DNA of 62,174 bases from an uncultured Pirellulaceae bacterium. GTDB taxonomy: Bacteria; Planctomycetota; Planctomycetia; Pirellulales; Pirellulaceae. Under the pieces are notes generated by a model. It ran no database searches and was not told the DNA's origin. It worked only from the letters and a program-made list of their open reading frames with translations. Position 1 is the stretch's first letter; each line of letters starts with the position of its first letter. Shown piece by piece: positions 1-9,924 of the stretch. The position numbers and the translations under genes are program-made. The DNA lies in assembly GCA_938003615.1 (NCBI GenBank), contig CALKXO010000004.1:1-62174 (forward strand). The letters are read 5' to 3'.

Positions 1-749
1 CTTGGTGCTGGTGGAGATGGACTCTCAGGAGTGCCCATCCTACGGCGGGCTCGCCAGTCTGCCGTCAGCTTCCCACTGAAAGCATCGCGCAGCACACTCT
101 GACGAAGCTGACCGATCAGCGGCCCGACTTCCGAAAGCAAACCCCGCGCACGCGCACTACGCTCCTGAAGCGACTCGATCGCCGACACGATACGCGACTG
201 CTCGGCTTTGGGGGCTACGGGAATCGCTAGTTTTGAAAGGATCGTTGCGTTCGCGCCGGGCTGAGCTGAACCTTTACTTACCGTTGTGATTTGTTGCCAA
301 TAGTGCGGCGTCTGCATGAAGTCGCTGAGAAACTCTGCTGACAGGTCTTCCAGCGTCTCAAGGCGAATCAAGTAGGACGCAAATACACTCGGTTCACTGA
401 GGTCCCCGATAAGAAAGTTCTTTCCGGTCGTAGCTCCCGTTCGAGCGATGACAATGTCGCCGTTCTTGAGAGCGTACTTTTCAACGTCGTCACACTCGCA
501 GAATGGAACGGAGTCCCAGTCAACTCTTCCGCCTTGAATGTCAGTGATTCGCAAGAAGCGTGGTCCAACTGGCTCATAGGAAGCCGACGCCGTGTGGCCG
601 TAGGTGATCGAATTGACGATCTCCTTCAATGTGGCCCAAGCCCAGCCCTCCGGCAACGCTTCTCCACTGGCACTCTCGCCGTCTTTTTGTGCGACTTCCA
701 CCGACTCGCCCCGCGACAACTGGGGAATCGCATCTTGTGATTGGCTCAT
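1..749 (-). CDS. hsdS: Type I RM specificity subunit HsdS (5' part; runs off the window edge; missing from the ORF track)
   Basis: Manual translation from ATG at 749: MSQSQD...LPEGWAWATLKEI...FLRITDIQ...LKNGDIVIARTGATTGK...FASYLIRL...GSAQPGANATILSKLAIPVAPKAEQSRIV...LRQSVLRDAFSGKLTADWR. This is TRD1 plus the central conserved region. The ATG overlaps the fic stop (ATGA). Confidence 0.93.
   Translation of the reverse strand, partial: MSQSQDAIPQLSRGESVEVAQKDGESASGEALPEGWAWATLKEIVNSITYGHTASASYEPVGPRFLRITDIQGGRVDWDSVPFCECDDVEKYALKNGDIVIARTGATTGKNFLIGDLSEPSVFASYLIRLETLEDLSAEFLSDFMQTPHYWQQITTVSKGSAQPGANATILSKLAIPVAPKAEQSRIVSAIESLQERSARARGLLSEVGPLIGQLRQSVLRDAFSGKLTADWRARRRMGTPESPSPPAP
19..43 (-). 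repeat. REP-like GTAG-headed palindrome read in frame inside hsdS
   Basis: Minus strand GTAGGATGGGCACTCCTGAGAGTCC is a GTAG head plus imperfect palindrome. It encodes RRMGTPES right after the conserved ...GKLTADWR. Confidence 0.5.
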
Positions 750-1966
750 TGTGATTGCTCCGGACCGTCTTGTTCGATCACATGAATGATTGCCCGCGCG
801 ACCCAGTCCCGATCCCGTTCCTTGCCGGTGTATTCTTCCAATATCCCCAGCTTGGTTAGGCGCTGAACATCCACCGTGGCGGTCGGTTTACTAACGCTCA
901 ATTGATTGACAACCTCCGCCACGTTGATCGCTGGCATCGAAAACAGATTGTCGACGACCTGAAATAATCGGCTGGGAGCACCGTCCTGTTTCAGTTGTTC
1001 GTGATATTGCTCGCGCAAGGAGACCAAACGTTCGCTACGCCAGATCGCATCAAGCGCCTGAGTCCGAATGGCGCTGAGAATAAACTCAATCCAGTCCGTC
1101 CAGTAGTGGCCGCCGTGACGACTGACATTCAACAACAAATCGACGTACTCCTGTTTGTACTGAGCGATATAAGCACTCATATAAACCACCGGATGTTCCA
1201 ACAAGCCTTCCTTGACCAGTGAACGCGAAATCAGCACGCGGCCAATGCGGCCATTGCCGTCTCGAAACGGATGGATCGTTTCGAACTGGTAGTGCATCAA
1301 CGCAACCACGAACAAGGGCGGAATCCGGTCGTGGGGTTCATTGACGAATTTCTCCAAATCGCTGAGCGCCGTTAGCAACCGGTCACCGGCTGGCATCGGG
1401 ACAAATCTGGCGTGCTTGACGCCCCGTGAACGGTCCCCGATGTAGACGCTGCAGTCGCGCAAGTTGCCGGGCCGGTTTTCTTCGCCGCGCACATCGGACA
1501 ACAATAGGCGATGCATTTCTTTGATCACGCGCACTGACCATGGCAATGGTGAATGCACGCCATGTTCGAGCGCCTTCACGTAGTTCCAGCTTTCGTGTCC
1601 GCTTTGGCGCACGCCCAATTGACGACCGGCTCCGGCTAACACCAGTTCCTCGGCTGTGGTTTCAATGTCTTCGATCTGCGAAGACAATTTGGCTTCACGC
1701 ATCCAAAGGGTACGCAGTAAACCGGCCGCATTGCCGACGCGCTTGTGCAGCCCGTTCAATTTACCCAGCACCGCGATGGTGTCGTTGTAGGGCTGAAACA
1801 GCTTCAACCGCAGTTCATCCCAATCAATATCGGGAGGTAAAGCGTGAGGGACAAACGCTAGCGTTTGGCAGGGCACGGGCGGGGCGAGCCGGCCATCAGG
1901 GTATTCTTGAATACTGATTGGGACTAGCTTTCCCGGCATTTGCGGGGTGAAATCGGTTTTCTTCAC
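746..1966 (-). CDS. Fic family protein (AMPylase fold) with C-terminal HTH
   Basis: Canonical Fic motif HPFRDGNGRIGR, N-terminal SSQIED resembling the inhibitory (S/T)xxxE(G/N) helix, and a C-terminal wHTH-like segment (VAEVVNQLSVSKPTATVDVQRL). Confidence 0.93.
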   Translation of the reverse strand: MKKTDFTPQMPGKLVPISIQEYPDGRLAPPVPCQTLAFVPHALPPDIDWDELRLKLFQPYNDTIAVLGKLNGLHKRVGNAAGLLRTLWMREAKLSSQIEDIETTAEELVLAGAGRQLGVRQSGHESWNYVKALEHGVHSPLPWSVRVIKEMHRLLLSDVRGEENRPGNLRDCSVYIGDRSRGVKHARFVPMPAGDRLLTALSDLEKFVNEPHDRIPPLFVVALMHYQFETIHPFRDGNGRIGRVLISRSLVKEGLLEHPVVYMSAYIAQYKQEYVDLLLNVSRHGGHYWTDWIEFILSAIRTQALDAIWRSERLVSLREQYHEQLKQDGAPSRLFQVVDNLFSMPAINVAEVVNQLSVSKPTATVDVQRLTKLGILEEYTGKERDRDWVARAIIHVIEQDGPEQSQ

Positions 1967-1996
1967 TGGTAAGGCCGCCTTTACTTGGAACTAGCG

Positions 1997-2028
1997 CTAG
2001 TAAAGCAAATGTCGATTTGCTTTACTAG
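1997..2028. promoter_or_regulatory. Perfect 14-bp inverted repeat upstream of fic (candidate operator or hairpin)
   Basis: CTAGTAAAGCAAAT-gtcg-ATTTGCTTTACTAG, with extra half-sites CTTTACTAG (2051-2059) and CTTTACTTG (1979-1987). Confidence 0.55.
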
Positions 2029-2059
2029 TGCTGCCGCGTGGTGAAATGGACTTTACTAG

Positions 2060-3541
2060 TCATTTATTGTTCTGCAGCAGCTGAGAGAGCGCGTCCATCT
2101 CGGCGAGTGCCGCGCTCAGGCGCTTGCGGATCATCGAGGCGATCTCGTCGGGTTCGGCCAAATCTCCACCCGCGCCAGTGGCGTCCTCGTCCTTGAGCCA
2201 ACTGATGTCGAGGTTGTCGCCGCGCTCACGCACGAAGTCGCGCGTGAAGCAGCGGAATCGGGCGTCGGGGTTTTCGGTTGTCGGTGTGCGGTTTTCGGTG
2301 TCAGTAAAAAGGAAATCGCCGCCCTCTTTGCGTTTGGACGTTCCATCAGATTTCTTCCCGTAAAGCTTCTCGAATTCGGCAAAGTGTCCGTGCGTGAGCG
2401 GTGTGCGCTTGCCGAAGCTGGGCATGTTCGTCCGCAGGTCATAGACCCACGTTTTCTTGGTGTTGCCGGTCTCGGAGTTCTTTCCTCGCCCACGGGTGAA
2501 GAACAGCACGTTGGTCTTCACGCCCTGTGCGTAGAAGATGCCCGTGGGCAGCCTGAGGATCGTGTGCAGGTTGCACTTGTCCATCAGGTCGGCGCGGATT
2601 TTCGTGCCCACGCCTTCCTCGAACAGCACGTTGTCCGGCAAGACGACGGCGGTTCGGCCTCCGGGTTTGAGGCCGCGATAGATGTGCTGCAGGAAGGCCA
2701 GTTGTTTGTTGCCGGTGACGAAGGTGAAGTCGTCGCGGGTTGGTTTACCGCCGCCTCGTTTGGTGCCGAAGGGAGGATTGGCGAGGATCACGTCGGCTTT
2801 GGGCAGATTCTTGCCGATGTCGCCCATCGAGTCGCCGCCGATGTAGGTTCCGTCCATGCCGTGCAGCAGGACGTTCATTAACAGTAGTCGATGCGTGTCA
2901 TCCACCAATTCAACAGCACAGAAGGCGTTGTGTTTTTGAAAGTGCTGTTCTTCGGTGCTGAGGTCAAACAGGTCGTCTGTTTGTTCTTTGATGTAGTTGT
3001 CGGCCGAAGTGAGGAATCCACCTGTTCCAGCGGCCGGGTCCTGAATGACTTCGCCGGCCTGAGGTTTGATGCAATTGACCATGCACTGGATCAGAGGCCG
3101 TGGTGTGAAGTACTGGCCGGCTCCCGATTTCTTTTCGGCAGCGTTCTTTTCCAGCAGGCCTTCGTAAAGGTCGCCCAGCCCTTCCTCGCGGGCGCTGTAC
3201 CAGTCGAGGTCGTCGATGTCGGTGACCAGCTTCAGCAGGTTCTTGGGCTTCTTCAGCGATGAATTTGCGTTGTTGAAGATCGACTGCACGCGGCCTTTGG
3301 CTTTGGTACCAAGATGAACCAGCATCTCACGATAGAAGTTCAGTTGTTCGACGCCTTCTTTGCTGGTGAGATCATCCCAGCGAAAATTCTTCGGCAGCGA
3401 TTTCTCCTCGCCGGTTTCCTTCATCATCTTCAGGAACAGCAGGTAGGTCAGTTCCGTGACGTAGTCTTGGTAGGTGATGCCGTCGTCACGAAGAACGTGG
3501 CACATGGACCAGAGTTTGGCAACGATGTCTTGGGTGTTCAT
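2060..3541 (-). CDS. hsdM: Type I RM m6A methyltransferase HsdM (EcoKI-like)
   Basis: N-terminus MNTQDIVAKLWSMCHVLRDDG, GQYFTPR, SAM-binding DPAAGTGGF and catalytic NPPF. Confidence 0.97.
   Translation of the reverse strand: MNTQDIVAKLWSMCHVLRDDGITYQDYVTELTYLLFLKMMKETGEEKSLPKNFRWDDLTSKEGVEQLNFYREMLVHLGTKAKGRVQSIFNNANSSLKKPKNLLKLVTDIDDLDWYSAREEGLGDLYEGLLEKNAAEKKSGAGQYFTPRPLIQCMVNCIKPQAGEVIQDPAAGTGGFLTSADNYIKEQTDDLFDLSTEEQHFQKHNAFCAVELVDDTHRLLLMNVLLHGMDGTYIGGDSMGDIGKNLPKADVILANPPFGTKRGGGKPTRDDFTFVTGNKQLAFLQHIYRGLKPGGRTAVVLPDNVLFEEGVGTKIRADLMDKCNLHTILRLPTGIFYAQGVKTNVLFFTRGRGKNSETGNTKKTWVYDLRTNMPSFGKRTPLTHGHFAEFEKLYGKKSDGTSKRKEGGDFLFTDTENRTPTTENPDARFRCFTRDFVRERGDNLDISWLKDEDATGAGGDLAEPDEIASMIRKRLSAALAEMDALSQLLQNNK
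2271..2305. repeat. Degenerate heptamer tandem array (5 x 7 bp) within hsdM
   Basis: ttttcgg ttgtcgg tgtgcgg ttttcgg tgtcagt, which encodes TDTENRTPTTEN. Confidence 0.6.
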
Positions 3542-3586
3542 TTAGGCGTTTTCAAAAGGAGTGGAGTGAGGCTGGCTGACGACGTG

Positions 3587-3781
3587 CTAATCCTCGTCCG
3601 TTTCAGAATCACGTTCTTCTTTTCCCAGTCGAACGATCTCTGCGTAGTCGGAATCGCCCGCCAGTTTTGTTATCCAGTCTTTTTTGGATTTTGAGACAGG
3701 GTTGGATGCCTTCAGTCGCAATACCTCTTTCTCAATGTGCGACAATCGCTCTTCAATGGATTCTTCCGGTAGGCTGGGCAT
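3587..3781 (-). CDS. Small (64 aa) hypothetical protein, antitoxin-like
   Basis: MPSLPEESIEERLSHIEKEVLRLK...DWITKLAGDSDYAEIVRLGKEER: short coiled coil, a W-containing motif and an acidic tail. Lies between hsdR and hsdM. Confidence 0.6.
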   Translation of the reverse strand: MPSLPEESIEERLSHIEKEVLRLKASNPVSKSKKDWITKLAGDSDYAEIVRLGKEERDSETDED

Positions 3782-3863
3782 GGAACTCTCCAACAGGTTT
3801 AGGGGCATTTGGTTTCGGGGATTGTAGGCGGCTTGAAAGGTGCAATTCAAGACGAATGCTAGA

Positions 3864-6800
3864 TCAGGCCGCGGAACTCCAGATACGATCGGTAATTTGC
3901 CCAAGCAGGTCGGCAAGTTTTCCATCAAAGACTTTGTTCAGACGGTCGAAGCCGCCTTTTTCCTTAAACACGCCTTCATCGATTGATTGGCGATCAACCA
4001 GCGTGTTCTCTTTGAATTGTTTGCCGATCCGCTGTAGCCAACTTCGTTGCGGCTTGGTCCACGATTGCGAGGCGAGAATCTCCTTCATCGCATCGTTGAC
4101 GCGCTCTTCGAATGGTTTCAGCGGTGTGTCCAAAATTGCATTGCGCACGTAGCCGATGATGGTTGCGGCGATTTCAACGTTCTTGGTTTCCCGCCAAGCT
4201 ACCCGCAGACGTGTTTCGCTGAAACCTTTCTTGTCCAGTTCAAGCTGTAACTCGCGCAATGACTTGCGAGTGAGGTCACGTGGACGAGTTGCACAAAGTT
4301 TAAGGCCTTCGACTTTATCCTGATTTTCCGAGACATAGGTCCGAAACTCTTCGAGGTAGTCGATGGGACGCTTGTTGCCGGGGCCGAAGCCAGTAGCGAC
4401 GGATGTGACTTCATCGGCATGTTCCGAGATCATGATCGTCGCGCCGCCTCCCGTCGTTACGTTGTCGAGGAATTCGACTAGGTTAGTTTTGTCCGAGAAC
4501 CATTCAGAGATTGCTGCGGGGGTTGCGTTCTTCAGCTGAGTCACAAGCGAGTCAGGTTTGGTGCCTGATTTGTCTTCAAACGTCTTTCCGTTTTCACCTT
4601 TGAGAGATCGTTTTTTGCGTTGCAGCTTTGCAATCAACTGATCCTTGATGACTTGCTGGTCTTCCTCGTTTGTCGTTTTAGCCAGTTCGTCAATCAGCTG
4701 GCTGAACGTAATGTTCGCCTTGTTGACGACGGGCTTCATGTCGGTGAAGTTCTCGAGGGCCGTGTACAGGTCGACACAGTCGAAGATCCGGAAGCAGTCT
4801 TTGTCGTCATTGGGGCCGTAAAGGTCCTCGCAGAGCCTCGTGCCGCGGCCGATCATTTGTTCGTAGAGGATCCGGCTTCGAACACGACGAAGAAATACGA
4901 GGTTGGCAATCGACGGCACATCGATGCCGGTGGTGAGTAGATCAACGGTTACCGCGATGCTGGGCAGCGCTTCATTCTTGTACAAGCGGATCAGCTGAAG
5001 AGGTTTGTCGGCTTTGCCGGTAATCTTGCGGATCGCATCATCGGGCACGGAGCCGTAACGGTCATCAAAAGCATTCTTAAGCCCATTAACAACCATGTCG
5101 GCGTGAGAGTCTGTCACGCAGAACACCAGTGTCTTTCCGGGAAGGTCCGGATCGATGTGCTTGGCAATTTCCTCGCAGATGACGCGATTGAAGTTCTCGT
5201 TGACGACGCGCTTGTTGAAGCTGTCGATCTCCAGTTCGATTTCGTCAGGAGTTTTAAATAGCTGAAGTTGCTGAGTTTTCGTGTTGTAGACCGTGACTTC
5301 TTCGTTGACTTCCCATTTGATCCCGCCTTCGCTCAGTTCTGTACGAATCCGCAAAGGTGGTTCATGATCGACAAGAAAGCCATCGAGAACAGCTTGGCGG
5401 TAGCTGTATTGGTAAACAGGAAGCTGGGACTCGCCGCCAAAGATCTCGATCGTGTGGATGGCTGGCGTGGCGGTTAGACCAATCTTAACTGCATCGAAGT
5501 ATTCAATGACTCGAGAGTATTTGGAGATGTAGTCAGCTTCATCTCGGAACCGCAGTTCGTTCTCGGATAGCTCCTGATCAAGGTTGTAACCGCGATGGCA
5601 TTCGTCCACGACGATACAGTCGTACTGATCAACTGAAAGGCCACTGTCGCTGTCGTCGTTGAACAGACGGTAGACCATACTTTGGATGGTTGCGATCTGG
5701 AATTTGGTGTCCGCGTCTGGTTCGACATCGCCCAGCTCTTTCACGTCGTAGATGTCGGTGAACGTTTGATTATTTTCCAATCGTAGATCTTTGAACGAAT
5801 CGGCCGTTTGCTGGCCAAGACTTGTGCGGTCGACTAGGAACAAAATTCGCCGAAAACGTTTTGCTTTGATCAATCGGTAGCAGATACCAATACAGGTGCG
5901 CGTTTTGCCTGTTCCAGTCGCCATCGCGACCAGCATTTCGCGCTGGCCGGATTTGATCGCGTCTTCGACAGCTTGGACGGCATCGCGTTGGTAGTAACGC
6001 AACGGGAGGTAGTCGCTAGATTCGGATTCCAGCTGCTGTTCGGCTTCGGCAACATCTTGCGAGAGAAGTTGCTTGAGCCCCAGTGGCTTGTACCAGCTGA
6101 CCAGAGCGCGAGGGTGGTTAGCCTCACGTCGTGTATCGAGAAACCAAATACCGCTTTTGGTCTTTAATTGCTTTAGAAAGGGCCGGCCATTGGTTGAGAA
6201 CAGGAACGGTATCTTGTATTTACGCCATGGGCCGCCGGGTGATACTTCATCGCTTTTAAAGACGTAATCGCGCGAGTAACGTTTCGCTTGCCCGATTGCG
6301 CCGGCAACGTCCACCGTTTGTTTTTTGGCTTCGACGACCGCAACGGGCATGAGGCCAATGAACAGAACATAGTCGGCTGGGCCGCTATCGGTGGGCCATT
6401 CGGCGATTGCGATGTTCTTGCCCTTCTGAGGCCGTGAGCCTTTAGCATAACGAATGGTTTTGCTGTCTACGGTCCAGCCGGTTGCTGCGAGTTGACGGTC
6501 GATGATCTCGCGCGTATCGGCTTCAGTGATGACCTCTTTTTCGACTGCGGCCGCGGTTTCAATGACGGCTTCGACTTGCGCTGTGGTGACGTAGGCTGAC
6601 TTCGATTCGGCCACCAGTTTCGATTCGTATTCGGCGATCTTGGCGGTAAGACGTGCATTATCTTCTTCGCCAAGCTGGATGGCAGTCTCGAGTTCCTCAT
6701 AGGCTTGTTTGGCGTCGGCTTCGGCCTTCACACGAAGTTCGGCTTCAGAGACAACACTCTCAGCCAGTTTCTGTCGTGTGGCTTCGTTCTTCGCGAACTC

Positions 6801-7274
6801 GGTTTTGAGGCGTTCAAGCTCGACCAGTAGCCCTTCACTGGCATCAACTGGCTCTGGAGGCGGGGAGAATAGCGCTGCCTTATAGTGTCGATCGAAAAAC
6901 GTCTTGTACAACCAGACGGCGATTCGGTGAACGGTTCGAAGTTGGAAGAGGGCTTCATTCCGGTCCCCGTGGATCTCATGGACCGCGTCGTTCCCCTTCT
7001 TCCGTACTTCGTGAAGCATTTGGGAAATTTTGTCAGGAACCAGCCCCATCTGCCAGAGATCGTTGATCAGGTCTACCTGTCTTGATTCGGGGTCGAATGA
7101 GCGGCCTTGTTTGGCATAGATCTGTTTGACCAGCAGTTCGCCGATCTGCCGCGTTTTGACCAACGCTGAATTTGGGTCAGTGAACGCGTAGAGTTCCGCG
7201 AACCCAGCAAGATCTACGATAACGCTGTTGATCTTGGAGAGGAATTTGAAGTTGAGAGAGGGCGTCGCCGGCAT
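3864..7274 (-). CDS. hsdR: Type I RM endonuclease/motor subunit HsdR (EcoKI-like)
   Basis: Nuclease motif PADYVLF...VVEAKK, Walker A MATGTGKT, DECH, GLTATP and QMIGRGTR; about 1136 aa. Confidence 0.97.
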   Translation of the reverse strand: MPATPSLNFKFLSKINSVIVDLAGFAELYAFTDPNSALVKTRQIGELLVKQIYAKQGRSFDPESRQVDLINDLWQMGLVPDKISQMLHEVRKKGNDAVHEIHGDRNEALFQLRTVHRIAVWLYKTFFDRHYKAALFSPPPEPVDASEGLLVELERLKTEFAKNEATRQKLAESVVSEAELRVKAEADAKQAYEELETAIQLGEEDNARLTAKIAEYESKLVAESKSAYVTTAQVEAVIETAAAVEKEVITEADTREIIDRQLAATGWTVDSKTIRYAKGSRPQKGKNIAIAEWPTDSGPADYVLFIGLMPVAVVEAKKQTVDVAGAIGQAKRYSRDYVFKSDEVSPGGPWRKYKIPFLFSTNGRPFLKQLKTKSGIWFLDTRREANHPRALVSWYKPLGLKQLLSQDVAEAEQQLESESSDYLPLRYYQRDAVQAVEDAIKSGQREMLVAMATGTGKTRTCIGICYRLIKAKRFRRILFLVDRTSLGQQTADSFKDLRLENNQTFTDIYDVKELGDVEPDADTKFQIATIQSMVYRLFNDDSDSGLSVDQYDCIVVDECHRGYNLDQELSENELRFRDEADYISKYSRVIEYFDAVKIGLTATPAIHTIEIFGGESQLPVYQYSYRQAVLDGFLVDHEPPLRIRTELSEGGIKWEVNEEVTVYNTKTQQLQLFKTPDEIELEIDSFNKRVVNENFNRVICEEIAKHIDPDLPGKTLVFCVTDSHADMVVNGLKNAFDDRYGSVPDDAIRKITGKADKPLQLIRLYKNEALPSIAVTVDLLTTGIDVPSIANLVFLRRVRSRILYEQMIGRGTRLCEDLYGPNDDKDCFRIFDCVDLYTALENFTDMKPVVNKANITFSQLIDELAKTTNEEDQQVIKDQLIAKLQRKKRSLKGENGKTFEDKSGTKPDSLVTQLKNATPAAISEWFSDKTNLVEFLDNVTTGGGATIMISEHADEVTSVATGFGPGNKRPIDYLEEFRTYVSENQDKVEGLKLCATRPRDLTRKSLRELQLELDKKGFSETRLRVAWRETKNVEIAATIIGYVRNAILDTPLKPFEERVNDAMKEILASQSWTKPQRSWLQRIGKQFKENTLVDRQSIDEGVFKEKGGFDRLNKVFDGKLADLLGQITDRIWSSAA

Positions 7275-8021
7275 GTACACTGTCCAGATGCATCCAAAGA
7301 AAAAATTCCGGCAAGCGGTTGGACGCCGCGGTTCAGGCTGCAGACCCTAAACCGGAGGGATAATTGTATCAGCTTTGGTCATGGGTTGCATGCGTTGAAA
7401 ATGTCCGGAAGCATATTGACTCGGTAGATCGAATGGCGATGCCCCCCAAAGGTGCCGCACTGGGGTAAATGCGCCCGTTTTGGCTAGGGAATTTGGGTTT
7501 TGGTTTGAATTCTTTGTTCGATTATGGAAAAACAACACGATGGACCTAAAGCAGTTAGAGTCTTTGATGGGCCAATCAGACGCTCTTTGCACAGCACAAT
7601 GTCTCGGGACCGTTACTGTTGCGACGCGCACGTCGCAAATGATTGTTTTCTGCCGCCAAGCGATCATGAAAAATGGGTGTTCTTGCCCGACTTTGGTTCT
7701 TTGGTAACGGGCAGGGGAAGACTTCAAGGCTACCGCGCCGAACCAGAAATGGGCAGCAGACATTACTTAAAACAATGTCGTTGACAATCTCTTACCGACC
7801 GATACCGGCCGAAAAAACACGTGGCTTTGGTGGATTGAGAGCGATTGGCGAAACAAATTTTGCGAAACAAATTTGGCGGGCCGGCGTTAATGTATCTATA
7901 AGCCGTTTACAATGTTGTTGGTGTAAAAGAATGCCAAGCCAAGTCAGGCGGCGCAACGTACGCTCGCCGGAGACTTGCTCCTACGGCCCACCCGATCATT
8001 TCTCTTGAAGAAAAATACTCA

Positions 8022-9413
8022 GTGACGAAATCAATCAAAGCTTCACGTCGAACGTTTCTCCAGAGCACGGCAGCAGTGGGTTCCGCGGCGATCATTCAGG
8101 GCACAGCCTTAGGGGCGGTACGAGGACGAACTGCAAGTGATCGGCCCGCTTTTGCGACCATCGGACTTCGCAATCAAGGCTGGGTCATTACCAATTCGGC
8201 GATCGCTGCCGGTGCGGATATCGTGGCGCTGGCGGACGTTGATTCCAACATTCTAGAAGCGACGGCCGAAAAGATCGTAAAAGAGAAAAAGCTCAAGAAG
8301 CCAGATACTTACAGCGACTACCGCAAGGTGCTTGAACGCGAAGACATCGACGCTGTTCTGATCGCGACTCCTGATCACTGGCACGCCAAAATCTCCATCG
8401 AAGCGATGTACGCAGGGAAAGATGTCTATTGCGAAAAGCCGCTGACTCTGACGATCGCTGAAGGAAAACTGATCGAAAAGGTTGTCAAAGAAACCGGACG
8501 CACTTTTCAAGTCGGAACCATGCAACGGTCTCAGGAGCAGTTTGTGAAAGCGGTTGCGATGGTGCGCGGTGGACGTATTGGAACTGTAAAAAAAGTAACT
8601 TGCGGCATCAATGCGTTTAAGCCGTCCCCAGTGATTCCAGTCGCGCCAGTACCAGCGGGGCTGGATTGGGATTTCTGGTTGGGGCCTGCCCCCAAGGTGG
8701 ACTACCGCGCGTTGCCGAAAGTCCGTGAGGGATATGGTGGTGGTGTGCCATTCCACAGCAACGGTCACTACTCGTTCCGAAACTGGCACGAATATGCGGG
8801 AGGCAGAATGACGGACTGGGGTGCACACCACGTCGATATTGCGAACTGGGCATTGGGAGCTACTGAAACTGGACCAAGTAAAATTACGCCACTAGATTTC
8901 AAAATGTCAGTGGAACACAAGGATGGATATCCAGTAGTCGACGATCGTTATAACTCGGCAGCAGATTTTGAAGTCAAGGTCGACATGCCCAATGGTGTGG
9001 AGATGATTATTGCCAGTAAAGGCGACAACGGGATCAAGTTCGAAGGTTCCAAGGGACGGATCTTTGTTAACCGCGGGAAACTCGTTGGCAAGCCAGTCGA
9101 AGATCTTGAGTCTAACCCGTTGCCAACAGGCGCCGTTGATGAAGTTTATGGCGGACCTTTCACGCCGAACCATGTCACCAACTTCATCAATGCAATCAAG
9201 GCTGGCGAGCAACCGATCTCCGATGTCTGGTCTCACAACCGTACGTTGGAGATTTTGCACCTTTCGAATATTGCGATGCGTCTTGGGCGGTCGCTGGATT
9301 GGGATCCTGTCAAGCGCGAGATCATCGGCGATGACCAAGCCAATGCCTTTTTGTCGCGCGAGTATCGCAAAGGCTACGAGATTGAAATGCCGACGCTGGC
9401 TGCGGCCCAGTAG
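8022..9413 (+). CDS. Tat-exported Gfo/Idh/MocA family oxidoreductase
   Basis: Twin-arginine SRRTFL; IATPDHWH, YCEKP, WDFWLGPAP and DWGAHHVD motifs. Confidence 0.92.
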   Translation: MTKSIKASRRTFLQSTAAVGSAAIIQGTALGAVRGRTASDRPAFATIGLRNQGWVITNSAIAAGADIVALADVDSNILEATAEKIVKEKKLKKPDTYSDYRKVLEREDIDAVLIATPDHWHAKISIEAMYAGKDVYCEKPLTLTIAEGKLIEKVVKETGRTFQVGTMQRSQEQFVKAVAMVRGGRIGTVKKVTCGINAFKPSPVIPVAPVPAGLDWDFWLGPAPKVDYRALPKVREGYGGGVPFHSNGHYSFRNWHEYAGGRMTDWGAHHVDIANWALGATETGPSKITPLDFKMSVEHKDGYPVVDDRYNSAADFEVKVDMPNGVEMIIASKGDNGIKFEGSKGRIFVNRGKLVGKPVEDLESNPLPTGAVDEVYGGPFTPNHVTNFINAIKAGEQPISDVWSHNRTLEILHLSNIAMRLGRSLDWDPVKREIIGDDQANAFLSREYRKGYEIEMPTLAAAQ

Positions 9414-9696
9414 TCAGAAGCAATGACAAAGCAAAACTTCCGGCCCTGTTTGAATTGCGTGTCCCACGTTAAATTTAAACAGGGCCTTTGGGTTTCTCTG
9501 CTGCGTCTATTGCGCGAGATCCAACCAAGGAAGCAACGAGACCATAGTTTCATGGGTAGATCTGACACCGACAATACTCGATCTCGCTGGGGGTAGGATT
9601 CGAAACCGCAGATTTTCACGGTCGGTCTTTCCAACCCATTCTCGGTAGGCACTTCACGGAATTTAGTGGCTGTAGTTCAGTAGCAGTTGGTTATCA

Positions 9697-9746
9697 GTAG
9701 GTCCCTCTCTCCGAGAGCGATACGCCTCTCGGAGAAAAGCGACTAC
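9697..9746. repeat. REP doublet (GTAG...CTAC)
   Basis: GTAGGTCCCTCTCTCCGAGAG-cgatacgc-CTCTCGGAGAAAAGCGACTAC inverted pair. Confidence 0.65.
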
Positions 9747-9924
9747 TAATCGTTTAGTTTATGATCGCTCTAGGCCTTAATGAGTTGGCCATTTAAAACT
9801 CGGGAAGAAACTCCCGAAAAGACCAATGATCCGTGGTAGATCATTTGAGATAATAAGAGCAAAATGCAGGGCATCGGCGCGAACCTTTAGATTGCGATCT
9901 AGGATTTTTCGTCCAACTGCGCTT

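Noticed and set aside
7281-8021. Several overlapping 75-138 aa ORFs, or an att site at the RM island border
   Set aside because: No recognisable motifs, tRNA, integrase or direct repeat, so left unannotated.
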